Shown here piece after piece: positions 18,037 to 28,214 of a stretch of 64,000 nucleotides of DNA; within the stretch, counting starts at the first letter, position 1; each line of letters opens with the position of its first letter. The stretch is from Candidatus Spongiisociaceae bacterium (GTDB lineage: Bacteria > Actinomycetota > Acidimicrobiia > Spongiisociales > Spongiisociaceae): contig OZ253564.1 of NCBI GenBank assembly GCA_965262915.1, forward strand, positions 2,144,001-2,208,000, given 5' to 3'. The translations under genes were made by a program, and so were the position numbers. Below the pieces are notes generated by a model. The model saw only the letters and a list, made by a program, of their open reading frames with translations, was not told the origin of the DNA and ran no database searches.

Positions 18037-19734
18037 ATGGCGGAGACTGCCTTTCTTCCTGCCGGTATCGACGTGCTCAACAATGTAAGGGTGCCGATGC
18101 GCGATGGCGTCGAGTTGTCCATCGACATCTACTTCCCGGCCAAGGGCGATGGGCCCTTTCCGGTGATCCTGGCGAGGACCCCGTACGACAACATGTCGGA
18201 CACCCTGATCGACGGCGCCATCTTCTTTGCCCAGAACGGCTATGCCTTTGCCGCCCAGGACTGCCGCGGGCGCAACGACTCGGACGGCCGCTTCAACCCG
18301 TGGATCCAGGAGTACGAAGACGGATACGACACGCTCGAGTGGCTCGGTTCGCAGACCTGGTGCGACGGTAACGTCGGCATGCACGGCAGCTCGTACCTGG
18401 GCGGCGTGCAGTGGATGGCGGCCGTCATGGACAGCCCGTATCTCAAGGCGATCGCTCCCCAGGTCATCGGCGACGATCTCCACGGTTCGCTGCACTACCA
18501 GGGAGGGGCGTTCACGTTGCACTTCAACGCCACCTGGTCCTTCCGCATGGGAGGACGCACCTGGCAACTCATCGACCGGTTCGACTGGAAGCGCATATTC
18601 CCGGTCCTGCCCCTCCGAGCCATCCCCGAGTTCGGCGGCAAGGACGTTGACTTCTTCGGGGACTGGTTGGACCATCCCGACTACGACGGCTACTGGAAGT
18701 CGCTAGCCGTCAGGGAGCAGTACGAGAGCGTGAAGATCCCGGTGCTGCAGATCGGCGGCTGGTACGACATCTTCGCCGGTGGAACCATGAACAACTTCGT
18801 CGGTATGCGCGAACGTGGCGGGTCGGAGGTCGCCCGCAACCACCAGCGGGTCGTGATGGGGCCGTGGCATCACCACACCAACACCGAGACCTTCGCCGGG
18901 GAAACCGACTTCGGTAACGCCTCGGTGCTGGATGTCAACCACATCGCGTTGCGGTGGTACGACCATTGGCTGAAAGGCATGGACAACGGCGTCGAGCGGG
19001 ACCCGCCGCTGCGCATCTATACGATGGGCACCGATGAGTGGCGCGACGAGCACGAGTGGCCGCTTGCCAGGACCGAGTTCACTCCTTGGTATTTCCACAG
19101 TGACGGGTCGGCCAACTCGCTCCTGGGCGACGGTACGCTGTCGACCGGGCCACCCACCGACGAGCCCGGCGACGGATTCGTCTACAACCCTGCGTTCCCG
19201 ACCCCCACGGTTGGCGGCGCCACCTGCTGCAGCCCCGAGATCGTCGATTGGGGCTCTTTCGATCAACGACCGGTCGAGTACCGCAACGATGTCCTCGTCT
19301 ACACGTCGGAGCCGCTCGAAGCGGATCTCGAGGTTACCGGGCCGGTGGTTGTCAAGCTGTTCGCCGCCACCGACGGCCGGGACACGGACTTCACCGCAAG
19401 GCTGGTCGATGTCCACCCGGACGGGTATGCCAGGAACCTATGCGACGGCATCATCCGGGGCCGGTATCGGGAGACCCTCGAGCGTCAGGATCTGCTGGAG
19501 CCGGGCGAGGTCTACGAGTTCACCATCGACCTGTGGGTCACGAGCAACGTGTTCGAGAAGGGCCACCGCATCAGGGTTGACATCTCCAGCAGCAACTTCC
19601 CCCGCTTCGACCGCAACCTCAACACGGGCAACCCGAATGCTGACGACACCGAAGTCCGGGTTGCTCGCCAGAGGGTGTATCACGACACGACTCGGCCCTC
19701 CCACATACTGCTGCCCGTGATACCTCCCGGTTGA
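18037..19734 (+). CDS. CocE/NonD family hydrolase
   Basis: VPMRDGV.L, RTPY, QD.RGR..SDG, GSSYLG, GGWYD, GPW.H, SSNFPRFDRN; AAGGAGG RBS. Confidence 0.95.
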   Translation: MAETAFLPAGIDVLNNVRVPMRDGVELSIDIYFPAKGDGPFPVILARTPYDNMSDTLIDGAIFFAQNGYAFAAQDCRGRNDSDGRFNPWIQEYEDGYDTLEWLGSQTWCDGNVGMHGSSYLGGVQWMAAVMDSPYLKAIAPQVIGDDLHGSLHYQGGAFTLHFNATWSFRMGGRTWQLIDRFDWKRIFPVLPLRAIPEFGGKDVDFFGDWLDHPDYDGYWKSLAVREQYESVKIPVLQIGGWYDIFAGGTMNNFVGMRERGGSEVARNHQRVVMGPWHHHTNTETFAGETDFGNASVLDVNHIALRWYDHWLKGMDNGVERDPPLRIYTMGTDEWRDEHEWPLARTEFTPWYFHSDGSANSLLGDGTLSTGPPTDEPGDGFVYNPAFPTPTVGGATCCSPEIVDWGSFDQRPVEYRNDVLVYTSEPLEADLEVTGPVVVKLFAATDGRDTDFTARLVDVHPDGYARNLCDGIIRGRYRETLERQDLLEPGEVYEFTIDLWVTSNVFEKGHRIRVDISSSNFPRFDRNLNTGNPNADDTEVRVARQRVYHDTTRPSHILLPVIPPG

Positions 19735-19739
19735 GCGGC

Positions 19740-20060
19740 GTTTGGTTCAACGCCCACGCCGGCGAGTCGAGTACCTGTACGGCCTGCTTCATCGTCCGGT
19801 CCCTCGGGCCGACGGTCCGATCGTGATGGTTCTACCTGGAGAGGAGCGCCGGGATGAAGTACTACCTCGGGCCCTGCGTGACCGGCGGAGTGATTCAGCT
19901 CGCTATCGAGATCATGGAGGAAAGAGGGACTGGGGGCCGAGGACATCGATGAGATCACAGCCACCATCGCGAGTTGCTACCGGCACCACCGATCGGCCCC
20001 TGACCAAAGAGCAGCTGGAGGGGGTCGACGATCTCAGGGACTTGACGAAGCTCCACGCGC
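19740..20060 (+). pseudogene. Degraded remnant, possibly MmgE/PrpD family
   Basis: Fragments KYYLGPC..GGVIQLAIEIMEE / LGAEDIDEITATI / DRPLTKEQLE..VDDLRDLTKL across frameshifts. Confidence 0.35.
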
Positions 20061-20305
20061 CGTCGGGTGGCTGGGTAGTGGCTCCCTGTGGGGATCAAAA
20101 ACGTCGACGGCGCAAATGCGACCGTCGCCGGCAAGAGTTCGGCGGTATCGAGCCCGGCCGCGATGATCGCCGGGTCGACGCCGGTCGGCACCGGCGCCTC
20201 GATACGCGGCCGACGCAGTGACATCCGACGGCCGGTTTTTCTCGCATCCCATCCGGAACTTGCGTATGCTGGCGCCCGCCGAGAGTGAACTCGTCAAGGC
20301 ATGGG

Positions 20306-22408
20306 ATGGCCGGATCAACTAGCAACGAATTACGAATAGGTGTCGACATCGGGGGTACGTTCACCGATCTGATGATGATCGGCCGCTCGGGCCGGGTCGA
20401 GATCGGCAAGGTTCTCACGACCCCCGACCCGTCACAGGGGGTCGAAGAGGTGCTGGTACAGACCCTCGAGCGTTCGGGCCAATCCGGTGCTTCGGTTCGC
20501 CATTTGGTCCACGGAACCACCCTGGTCACAAATGCCATCATCGAGCGCAAGGGGGCCCTCACCGCACTGCTGACCACCGAGGGATTCCGGGACTCTATCG
20601 AGATCGGCCGCGAACACCGCTACGAGCTGTACGACCTGAATCTGGAACACCCCAAGCCGCTCGTGCCGCGCCATCTCCGCTTCGAGGTCCCCGAGCGGAC
20701 CCTCGCCGATGGGACGCAGGCGATCGAACTCGGCGAAGACCACGTGGCGCGCCTTGTCGGGGAGTTGGCCGCCGCCGGGGTCGAGGCGGTGGCGATCTGC
20801 TTCCTCCACTCGTTCACCAACCCGGACTCCGAAGAGCGCACCCGGGCTGTCGTCAATGGAGAAGCACCGCAGATGCGGGTCTCGATTTCCTCCGAAGTCG
20901 TTCCCGAGATCGGGGAGTTCGAGCGGGCTTCGACCACCATCGCCAATGTATACGTGCAGCCGCTTGTCGAGCGTTACCTGGTCGGACTCCAGCGTCGGCT
21001 GGGAGAGATGGAGTTCGCGGGACAGCTGTTGGTCATGCTGTCCAGCGGCGGTGTGGCGACTCTCGACACCTGTGTCCAGTTTCCGATCCGTCTCCTCGAG
21101 TCGGGTCCCGCCGCGGGTGCGCTCGCCGCAGCCTCGGTGGGCGCCGCCATGGGCCGGGACTCGTTGCTGTCCTTCGACATGGGGGGCACGACCGCCAAGC
21201 TGAGCGTGGTGGACGGCGGAGAGCCGCTGGTGACCCATGACTTCGAGGTGGATCGCCGCTACCGCTTCAAAAAGGGATCCGGCCTTCCGGTCAGGGTGCC
21301 GGTCATCGAGATGATCGAGATCGGCGCCGGCGGGGGATCGATTGCCCGGGTCGACTCGCTGGGGCTTCTCAAGGTCGGGCCCGACTCCGCCGGGGCCGAT
21401 CCGGGACCGGTCTGTTACTCGAGGGGCGGGCGGTCCCCGACCGTAACCGATGCCGATCTGGTCCTCGGGTACCTGGACCCCGACTACTTCCTCGGTGGCG
21501 CTATGAAGCTCGACGTGGCCGCCGCCGGAGCCGCCCTCGCCGAGAGCATCGGCGACCGGCTGGGGATGTCGGTGCCGGAAGCCGCCTGGGGTGTTCACCA
21601 GGTGGTCAACGAGGCCATGGCCAACGCCGCTCGCGTTCACGTCGTGGAGCGGGGAAAGAACCCGAGAGCCCTGCCGGTGGTCGCCTTCGGCGGGGCCGGT
21701 CCGGTTCACGGGTACGGTGTCGCCGAGTTACTCGGCAGCACCGAGTTGGTGTTGCCGTACGGTGCGGGCGTGACCAGCGCGATGGGTCTGCTGGTAGCGC
21801 CGCTCGCCTTCGACTTCGTACGGTCCTATTACGGGAGGCTCGACGAACTGGACTGGAGCGAGGTCAACAGCATCTTCGAGGAGATGGAGCGGGACGGAAC
21901 CGAGCTGCTGGTCGAATCGGGCGCCGGACCCGACGAGATCGTCCACACAAGGACCGCCGACATCCGGTACGTGGGCCAGGGACACGAGATCCGAGTTCCG
22001 ATCCCGGACGGCATCCTGACCATCGCAGAGCGCCAGACGATATACGAGGACTTCGACCGGGTCTACCAGAGCCTCTACGGCAGGGAAGGACCACCGGTCG
22101 GCCTCGAAGCCCTCACCTGGAGGGTGGTGAGCCGGGGACCGCGGCCCGAGCAGGTAGGGGCGGACCCCGACGACGTGAGAGGCGATGCGGAGGCGGCCCG
22201 CAAGGGTGAACGTCCGGCCTACTTCCCGTCTGCGGGAGGATTCGTGCCCACGCCCGTATATGACCGTTACCGGCTGGGTTCCGGTTCCACGATGATGGGA
22301 CCGGCGATCATCGAGGAGCGGGAGTCCACAGCGATCATCGGACCCGGGGGCCGGGTGCACGTGGACGACCGGCTCAACATCGTCGTAGCGGTAGGAGGGG
22401 GAACATGA
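20306..22408 (+). CDS. Hydantoinase A/oxoprolinase family protein
   Basis: GVDIGGTFTD, HGTTLVTNA, ESGPAAG, DMGGTT, GAGGGSIA, GGAGP.H. Confidence 0.95.
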   Translation: MAGSTSNELRIGVDIGGTFTDLMMIGRSGRVEIGKVLTTPDPSQGVEEVLVQTLERSGQSGASVRHLVHGTTLVTNAIIERKGALTALLTTEGFRDSIEIGREHRYELYDLNLEHPKPLVPRHLRFEVPERTLADGTQAIELGEDHVARLVGELAAAGVEAVAICFLHSFTNPDSEERTRAVVNGEAPQMRVSISSEVVPEIGEFERASTTIANVYVQPLVERYLVGLQRRLGEMEFAGQLLVMLSSGGVATLDTCVQFPIRLLESGPAAGALAAASVGAAMGRDSLLSFDMGGTTAKLSVVDGGEPLVTHDFEVDRRYRFKKGSGLPVRVPVIEMIEIGAGGGSIARVDSLGLLKVGPDSAGADPGPVCYSRGGRSPTVTDADLVLGYLDPDYFLGGAMKLDVAAAGAALAESIGDRLGMSVPEAAWGVHQVVNEAMANAARVHVVERGKNPRALPVVAFGGAGPVHGYGVAELLGSTELVLPYGAGVTSAMGLLVAPLAFDFVRSYYGRLDELDWSEVNSIFEEMERDGTELLVESGAGPDEIVHTRTADIRYVGQGHEIRVPIPDGILTIAERQTIYEDFDRVYQSLYGREGPPVGLEALTWRVVSRGPRPEQVGADPDDVRGDAEAARKGERPAYFPSAGGFVPTPVYDRYRLGSGSTMMGPAIIEERESTAIIGPGGRVHVDDRLNIVVAVGGGT

Positions 22409-24147
22409 CCACGCGACCGAGACTGGATCCGGTCCTCATCGAGGTCTTGTGGAGCCGGGTGTTGTCGGTGGTCAACGAGCAGCAGGTTGCTCTGCAGCGA
22501 ACGGCCTTCAGCACCATCGTGCGGGAGACCCAGGACCTGGCCTGCGGCGTGTTCGACACCAACGGTTGGATGATGGCCCAGTCGATCACCGGAACCCCCG
22601 GGCACATAAACGCGATGGCCACCGGGGTGCGCCATTTTCTCAAGGAATACCCGCCCGGCACGCTCCGACCCGGCGACGTTCTGATCACCAACGACCCTTG
22701 GATGACCGCCGGCCAGATCAACGACATAACGGTGCTGACGCCGGTCTTCAAGAAGGGCGTCGAGGTGGCGTACTTCGCCAACACCTGCCACGCGGCCGAC
22801 ATCGGGGGACGGATCCTCTCCGCGGAGGCTCGCGAGGTGTACGAGGAGGGTCTGCGCATCCCGATTATGAAGCTCTACGACCGGGGGAGGATCAACCAGG
22901 ACCTGATCTCGATCGTCAGGGCCAACGTGCGGACCCCGGACGAAACGGTGGGCGATCTGTACGCACAGACCTCGTGCAACGACGTGGGTGCTCGGGCGCT
23001 GCTGGGTTTCATGGACGAGTTCGACCTCGACACGATCGACCCCCTCTCCTACGAGATCATCACCCGCTCCGAGGAGGCGATGCGGAGATCCATCCGCGAG
23101 ATTCCCAACGGCGTCCACCGGCACGAGACGTGGAGCGACGGTTTCGAGGAGCCGATCCTGATCAAAGCGGCGGTAACGATTGACGACGAGGACATCCTCA
23201 TCGATTTCGCCGGTTCGTCGCCCGAGAGCGTCCGGGGCATAAACGTGGTTTTCAACTACACCCACGCCTACGCCTCGTTCGCCATGAAGGCGGCCATAAG
23301 CCCCGATGTTCCCCACAACGACGGTGCCTTCCGCCCGGTGCACGTGTCGGCGCCTCCCGGGTCGATCCTCAACTGCCTGGAACCGGCGGCGGTGGCCTCC
23401 CGTCACCTGATCGGCCACTTCCTGCCCGGCGTGGTGTTCGGGGCGCTGGCGGAGGCGTTGCCCGACCGGCTCATGGCGCCCGGTTCGGACCCGATCTGGA
23501 TCTCCATCTGGAGGGGGAGAGCGGCGCGATCGGCCGACCGGTTCACGTTCAGCCTGTTCCAATGCGGCGGCGCCGGGGCCCGGGCATCCAAGGACGGGCT
23601 CAACACGACCGGCTTTCCCAGCGGCGTGGCGGGGGTGCCGGCCGAATCCGTGGAGACCCTCACCTCGATGGTCCAGCACCGCCGGGAACTGCGGACCGAC
23701 TCCGGGGGACCGGGCAGGTTCAGGGGAGGGCTCGGGCAGTGGACCGAGATGAGTTGCCGCACCGACGAGGCGTGGACGGTCTCGGCCATGGTCGACCGGA
23801 TCTCCTATCCCGCCGAGGGGTTGCTGGGAGGTGGGTTCGGCGCGTCCGGCGAGTTCCGGATCGACGGGACCCGGGAGGCGGAGCCGAAACGGCTTCTGGT
23901 GCTCGATCCCGACAACCGGGTGCAACTCAACCTTCCGGGCGGCGGCGGTTACGGAGATCCCTTCACCCGGGATCCCGAGGCGGTTCTGTGGGATGTAATC
24001 GAGGGGTATGTCTCGATCGAGGCGGCCAGGCGAGACTATGGGGTGGTAATCGAATACCTCGGCGCCGAGGACCAACTCGTACGCCTCCCGGACGACTACC
24101 GGCTCGATCCGGAGGCAACAGATCGAGCGCGGCAGATAGATTCCTGA
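22405..24147 (+). CDS. Hydantoinase B/oxoprolinase family protein
   Basis: TAFS.IVRE..D, ITNDPW, H.ADIGG, EEGLRIP, DSGGPG.FRGG.G, GGGGYGDP; ATGA coupling to upstream gene. Confidence 0.95.
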   Translation: MTTRPRLDPVLIEVLWSRVLSVVNEQQVALQRTAFSTIVRETQDLACGVFDTNGWMMAQSITGTPGHINAMATGVRHFLKEYPPGTLRPGDVLITNDPWMTAGQINDITVLTPVFKKGVEVAYFANTCHAADIGGRILSAEAREVYEEGLRIPIMKLYDRGRINQDLISIVRANVRTPDETVGDLYAQTSCNDVGARALLGFMDEFDLDTIDPLSYEIITRSEEAMRRSIREIPNGVHRHETWSDGFEEPILIKAAVTIDDEDILIDFAGSSPESVRGINVVFNYTHAYASFAMKAAISPDVPHNDGAFRPVHVSAPPGSILNCLEPAAVASRHLIGHFLPGVVFGALAEALPDRLMAPGSDPIWISIWRGRAARSADRFTFSLFQCGGAGARASKDGLNTTGFPSGVAGVPAESVETLTSMVQHRRELRTDSGGPGRFRGGLGQWTEMSCRTDEAWTVSAMVDRISYPAEGLLGGGFGASGEFRIDGTREAEPKRLLVLDPDNRVQLNLPGGGGYGDPFTRDPEAVLWDVIEGYVSIEAARRDYGVVIEYLGAEDQLVRLPDDYRLDPEATDRARQIDS

Positions 24148-24268
24148 AGTCCACAACAAAAAGCAAGGAACGTTGTATAGCATTGTGTTACTTCGTGTAT
24201 AGTAGTAGCAGCTACGTATGCTGCGACCGACTACTCGTCTGCGAGCCGCTACGACACGAGGGGATCAA

Positions 24269-24730
24269 ATGGAACAGGCAATCGTCAGCATCGTCGGCCT
24301 CATCCTCGCCGTCGTTCTCTACCAGGAACGCACGCGCCGTGCTGATGCCGCTGCCCTCCGCCGAGATATGAACGCCGGGTTCACCGTATTGCGGGACGAG
24401 TTCAAGGGAGAGGTCGCGGGAGTCCGTGATGAGTTGAGGGGGGAGATTTTGGGTGTGCGTGGGGAGGTTGTGGGTGTGCGTGATGAGTTGCGTGGGGAGA
24501 TTGTGGGTGTGCGTGGGGAGATTTTGGGTGTGCGTGGGGAGGTTGTGGGTGTGCGTGATGGGTTCAGGGGGGAGATCGTGGCGGTGCGCGACGAGTTGAA
24601 GGCTGACATGAGTTCGGGGTTCGCACGGATGGACCGGCGGTTCGACAACCTAACCGCCGGCCTCGTCGCTCTGGCCGAGAGTGTTGGTCAGGTCAAGGGC
24701 CGGACCGAAGTCCTCACGACCGCCGACTGA
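24269..24730 (+). CDS. Membrane-anchored coiled-coil repeat protein
   Basis: N-terminal TM IVSIVGLILAVVLY, then RGE(I/V)(L/V)GV and RDEL repeats; GAGGGG RBS. Confidence 0.7.
   Translation: MEQAIVSIVGLILAVVLYQERTRRADAAALRRDMNAGFTVLRDEFKGEVAGVRDELRGEILGVRGEVVGVRDELRGEIVGVRGEILGVRGEVVGVRDGFRGEIVAVRDELKADMSSGFARMDRRFDNLTAGLVALAESVGQVKGRTEVLTTAD
24415..24600 (+). repeat. In-frame 21/33-bp tandem repeats
   Basis: Exact 46-bp repeat at 24440-24485 and 24515-24560; G/T-dominated strand. Confidence 0.85.
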
Positions 24731-24742
24731 CAAGCCGACGAA

Positions 24743-26077
24743 TCAGGAGTCGGTCATCGACGTGACGACGGCCTCCGCGATCCGTCCGGCGACCTCGCTC
24801 GGTCTGAATCTCCGAATACTGCCGTCGGGAAGGCGCGCAATCCACCGATCCACATCTGGCAGTTGGAGAGTGAACTCCTGCAGCCCGGGGGATTCCGACC
24901 CGGCCCGATCCCACGGGCGATAGCCGGTGGGATCCGGGATCGACCAGAAGATAGACGGCCCTGGGCCGATATCCTGCCAGTTCTTCATCTGAGGGCTGCG
25001 GTATCCGCTCCAGGCCAGCCAGCGTCGATCTCGGAGGGCGGGGACCTTCACATCCATGCGATACAGCCAGGAGTTCCCCGCCGGATCGCCCCTAACGAGC
25101 GCTGCGTAGTCATCCAAGAGCAGTTCGTCGTGGTAGCGGCGCGTCGAGACCTCGCCGACGCTGCCCAATGCGGCTTCGAGGGCGTCATCCACTAGCGAGA
25201 ACAGCAGGCGTACCGCGTCATTCCAGATCGCGACCTGGCGCTCCTGAGCCCTGCGTAGCTCGGCTTGGGCACGGTCATAGCCCTCGATCGCGGTTGCCTT
25301 ACGCTCCAAGTCCCGCAAGGCGTCCTCCGCGCGGGCGAGGATCAGTTCCGAGATGGGTCCGAGGTCACCCCCGAGGTCGGACTCGGCTAAGGCCTCGAGG
25401 TACCTGGGACGGTCCTTGCGCCGGATGATGATGCTCGGTAGACCCGCCCTGATCAGTTCGAGGTTCATCACCGCTCGAGAAGTGCGTCCGTTGCCGTCCG
25501 AGAACGGGTGTATGTGGGCTATCCAGGTCTTCAACACGATTGCTCGAAGAAGAGCCTGTCCGCCATCGTTGGACAGGGACCAGCCCTGCCACTCCTCCAT
25601 CGCGGACATGACTTCGTTCCAGGATGCTGGGGGACGATGTCCCGATCCCCCGATCCTGACCTCCTGGGTGCGAAAGAGGCCTGCTCCCGGCCTATCGCCA
25701 AGGATCAGAGCATGCAGCTCCTTGACCTGATCGAGACCGGTGGGGGATCTGTCTTTGGCGAGGTCGACCATCCGTTCCAAGGCCTTCGAGAGGTTGACGG
25801 CATCCTTCGAGTAGGCGGGATCGTGTCCTGTGATCGTTATGCCCTTCGACACTGCCAACTCGGTCTCGCCCACGCTCAAGGTACTGCCTTCGATGGCATT
25901 GGACTCTGCGATCTGCCGGAAGCGGGTATCGCCGAAGTATGCCCGCAGCGTCTGTTCGGAGAGATCTCCCCGTTCCCTGAGCAGGTCCACACGTTTCTGG
26001 AGTTTGTTGGCTTTGTCGAAGACCCACTTGCCTGTGTCTTCGAGGCTGTAGGGACTGCCGTCCAGACTGACTGTCAT
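24743..26077 (-). CDS. Fic family protein with N-terminal inhibitory motif and C-terminal extension
   Basis: HPFSDGNGRTSR Fic motif; SNAIEG inhibitory-type motif. Confidence 0.92.
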   Translation of the reverse strand: MTVSLDGSPYSLEDTGKWVFDKANKLQKRVDLLRERGDLSEQTLRAYFGDTRFRQIAESNAIEGSTLSVGETELAVSKGITITGHDPAYSKDAVNLSKALERMVDLAKDRSPTGLDQVKELHALILGDRPGAGLFRTQEVRIGGSGHRPPASWNEVMSAMEEWQGWSLSNDGGQALLRAIVLKTWIAHIHPFSDGNGRTSRAVMNLELIRAGLPSIIIRRKDRPRYLEALAESDLGGDLGPISELILARAEDALRDLERKATAIEGYDRAQAELRRAQERQVAIWNDAVRLLFSLVDDALEAALGSVGEVSTRRYHDELLLDDYAALVRGDPAGNSWLYRMDVKVPALRDRRWLAWSGYRSPQMKNWQDIGPGPSIFWSIPDPTGYRPWDRAGSESPGLQEFTLQLPDVDRWIARLPDGSIRRFRPSEVAGRIAEAVVTSMTDS

Positions 26078-26311
26078 CGTCGGTGCTCCCGTATCGGATA
26101 GAGCCCGCCGGATACTACCGACATGCCGACCGTCGATTTCGTTGTGGATGCACAGTCGGCGAGCAACCGGCCTTGACCCGTGCGGATGGCCCGCGACCGG
26201 GAGCGAGCAAGCCTTACGAACCGGTTCGCCCGCGGATCTATGTCCTCAGAACCTACCCGGGTAGGTGGAAAGCCGGCTCGCGAAAACTTTCCTGCGCGAG
26301 GGGATTGAACC

Positions 26312-26333
26312 TGTCACACCGGTGTTGCACCAT
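26312..26333 (+). promoter_or_regulatory. Putative PafBC/RecA-NDp-like promoter with no leaderless ORF
   Basis: TGTCAC-ACCGGTGTTG-CACCAT; same spacing as the three other copies. Confidence 0.45.
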
Positions 26334-26626
26334 GAGTGTTACCAAACACCCGCGCGGTCTCGAACCGGACGTCATTCGGCCGCCCGATGGGTCATCGATG
26401 TCGGAACCCGGTCGCCCAGGACGGGTAGGGGAGAACGCGCTCCGATCCCAGGCAAGGTGGTGGAGGGGGAGGGCCCGGTGGAAAGAACTCTGCGGGCGGT
26501 TTTCGCGGTCTTTCGATAGTGAGAACCAGAGCAACTAACTTACGAGCCGTCACGAAGCAGCTGTTGACGATGGCTCGGATCTCCCCGGCCGGCGCCTGTC
26601 CGCGCATGTTCTCGGAACGACTGATA

Positions 26627-27997
26627 TCAGGTGGCTATGTAGACATTCTTGAGTTCGGTGTAGTAATCGAGGGCGTCGGGGCCCAGGGCCCGGCCGACTC
26701 CGGATTGCTTGAATCCCCCGTAGGGCGTTGCGATACGCACCGACCAGTTGGAATTGACCGACAGGGTGCCGGCCTCCAGTGCCCGGGCGACCCGGAGTGC
26801 CTTGGAGCCGTTCTCCGTCCAAACCGAACCGGACAGGCCGTAGATGGTGTCGTTGGCGATGGAGATGGCCTCCTCCTCGTCTCCGAACGGCATGACGCAG
26901 GCGACTGGACCGAAGATCTCGTCCGTCACGACGCGGGCGTCGGGAGAGTTCGGGGTTACAACGGTGGGGGCGAACCAGAATCCCGGTCCGTCCGGCGCGG
27001 TGCCCCGGGCCACGACCGTGGTGTCCTCATCGAGGAACGAGGCGACCTTGGCCCGATGCCGGGCCGTGATCAGGGGTCCCATCTCGGTGCTCTCGTCCAT
27101 GGGGTCACCCACCCGCATGGCGGCGACGTTGGCGGAGAGCAGGTCCAGGAAGCTATCCATGGCGGTTCGCTCGACAAGGATCCGCGAGCGGGCGCAGCAG
27201 TCCTGACCGGCGTTGCCGAACACGGCGCCCGGAGCGGCGGCGGCCGCCCGCTCGAGGTCGGCGTCGGCGAACACGATGTTGGCCGACTTGCCGCCGAGTT
27301 CGAGGGTCACCCGCTTGATGGTCTCGGAAGCCCGTGCGCTGATGCGCTTGCCGACCTCGGTGGAGCCGGTGAAGGTGATCTTGGCCACATCGGGGTGGTC
27401 GACGAGACGCTCGCCGACCACGCTTCCCGGTCCCGCGACCACGTTGAACACACCTTCGGGCAGTCCCGCTTCCAGCGCGATGCGTTCCAGCTCCAGGGCG
27501 GTCAGCGGGGTGAGCTGCGCCGGCTTCAGGACCACCGTGTTGCCGGCGGCCAGCGCGGGGGCCGCTCCCCAGGAGGCGATGGCGAGGGGGAAGTTCCAAG
27601 GGGTGATCATGCCCACCACGCCCATCGGTTCCTTGAACGTCATGTTGATGCCACCGGGGACGGGGATGGTCCTTCCGGACAGGCGCTCGGCGGATCCGGC
27701 ATAGTAGGCGAAGGTGGCCGCCACCACCCCTATCTCGCCCAGCGCGTCGTTGATCGGTTTGCCCACGTTGCGGGACTCCGTCCGGGCCAAGGACATGGCC
27801 TGCTCCTCAACCGCCACGGCGATCCGCCGGAGCAGGGTGGCCCGATCTCCGGCCGAGACGTTCCGCCACGTTTCGAAGGCCAGCTTCGCCCGGGCCACGG
27901 CCCGGTCGGTCTCTTCCAGGCCCGCCGAGGGAAGCCGGGCCATGACTTGGCCGGTCGCCGGCTCGATGACGTCTATGGAATCTCCCACCGTGCTCAT
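26627..27997 (-). CDS. Aldehyde dehydrogenase (aminoaldehyde dehydrogenase-like)
   Basis: ITPWNFP, FTGST, LELGGKS, GQDCCA, EIFGPV, PYGGFKQSG. Confidence 0.93.
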   Translation of the reverse strand: MSTVGDSIDVIEPATGQVMARLPSAGLEETDRAVARAKLAFETWRNVSAGDRATLLRRIAVAVEEQAMSLARTESRNVGKPINDALGEIGVVAATFAYYAGSAERLSGRTIPVPGGINMTFKEPMGVVGMITPWNFPLAIASWGAAPALAAGNTVVLKPAQLTPLTALELERIALEAGLPEGVFNVVAGPGSVVGERLVDHPDVAKITFTGSTEVGKRISARASETIKRVTLELGGKSANIVFADADLERAAAAAPGAVFGNAGQDCCARSRILVERTAMDSFLDLLSANVAAMRVGDPMDESTEMGPLITARHRAKVASFLDEDTTVVARGTAPDGPGFWFAPTVVTPNSPDARVVTDEIFGPVACVMPFGDEEEAISIANDTIYGLSGSVWTENGSKALRVARALEAGTLSVNSNWSVRIATPYGGFKQSGVGRALGPDALDYYTELKNVYIAT

Positions 27998-28214
27998 CCC
28001 CAACTCCGTTCTTACTCGGTTCGCGCTTTCCGGCATTCGTTCAGACCGCGCGTCAGGATGGTCCCGATTTGTTTCGAACCGACCGGCCGCGGGGTTGGTA
28101 GTCTGCCCTCGCAGTCGGCGCGCAACCTGGCGGATGGCCCGGACGGCCCTAGGGTACAACCGGATCCTGAGCACCCCATCCACGCCGGCCGCCGATCAGC
28201 GAGTGGAGGTTCAA

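Noticed and set aside
24415-24600. G/T-rich repeats as a CRISPR or telomere-like array
   Set aside because: In-frame coding repeats without unique spacers.
27714-28214. N-terminal extensions of track ORFs (27714, 31240, 40003, 35616, 53659, 4478, 28183)
   Set aside because: They overlap neighbouring genes; downstream starts have an RBS or coupling and coincide with domain starts.
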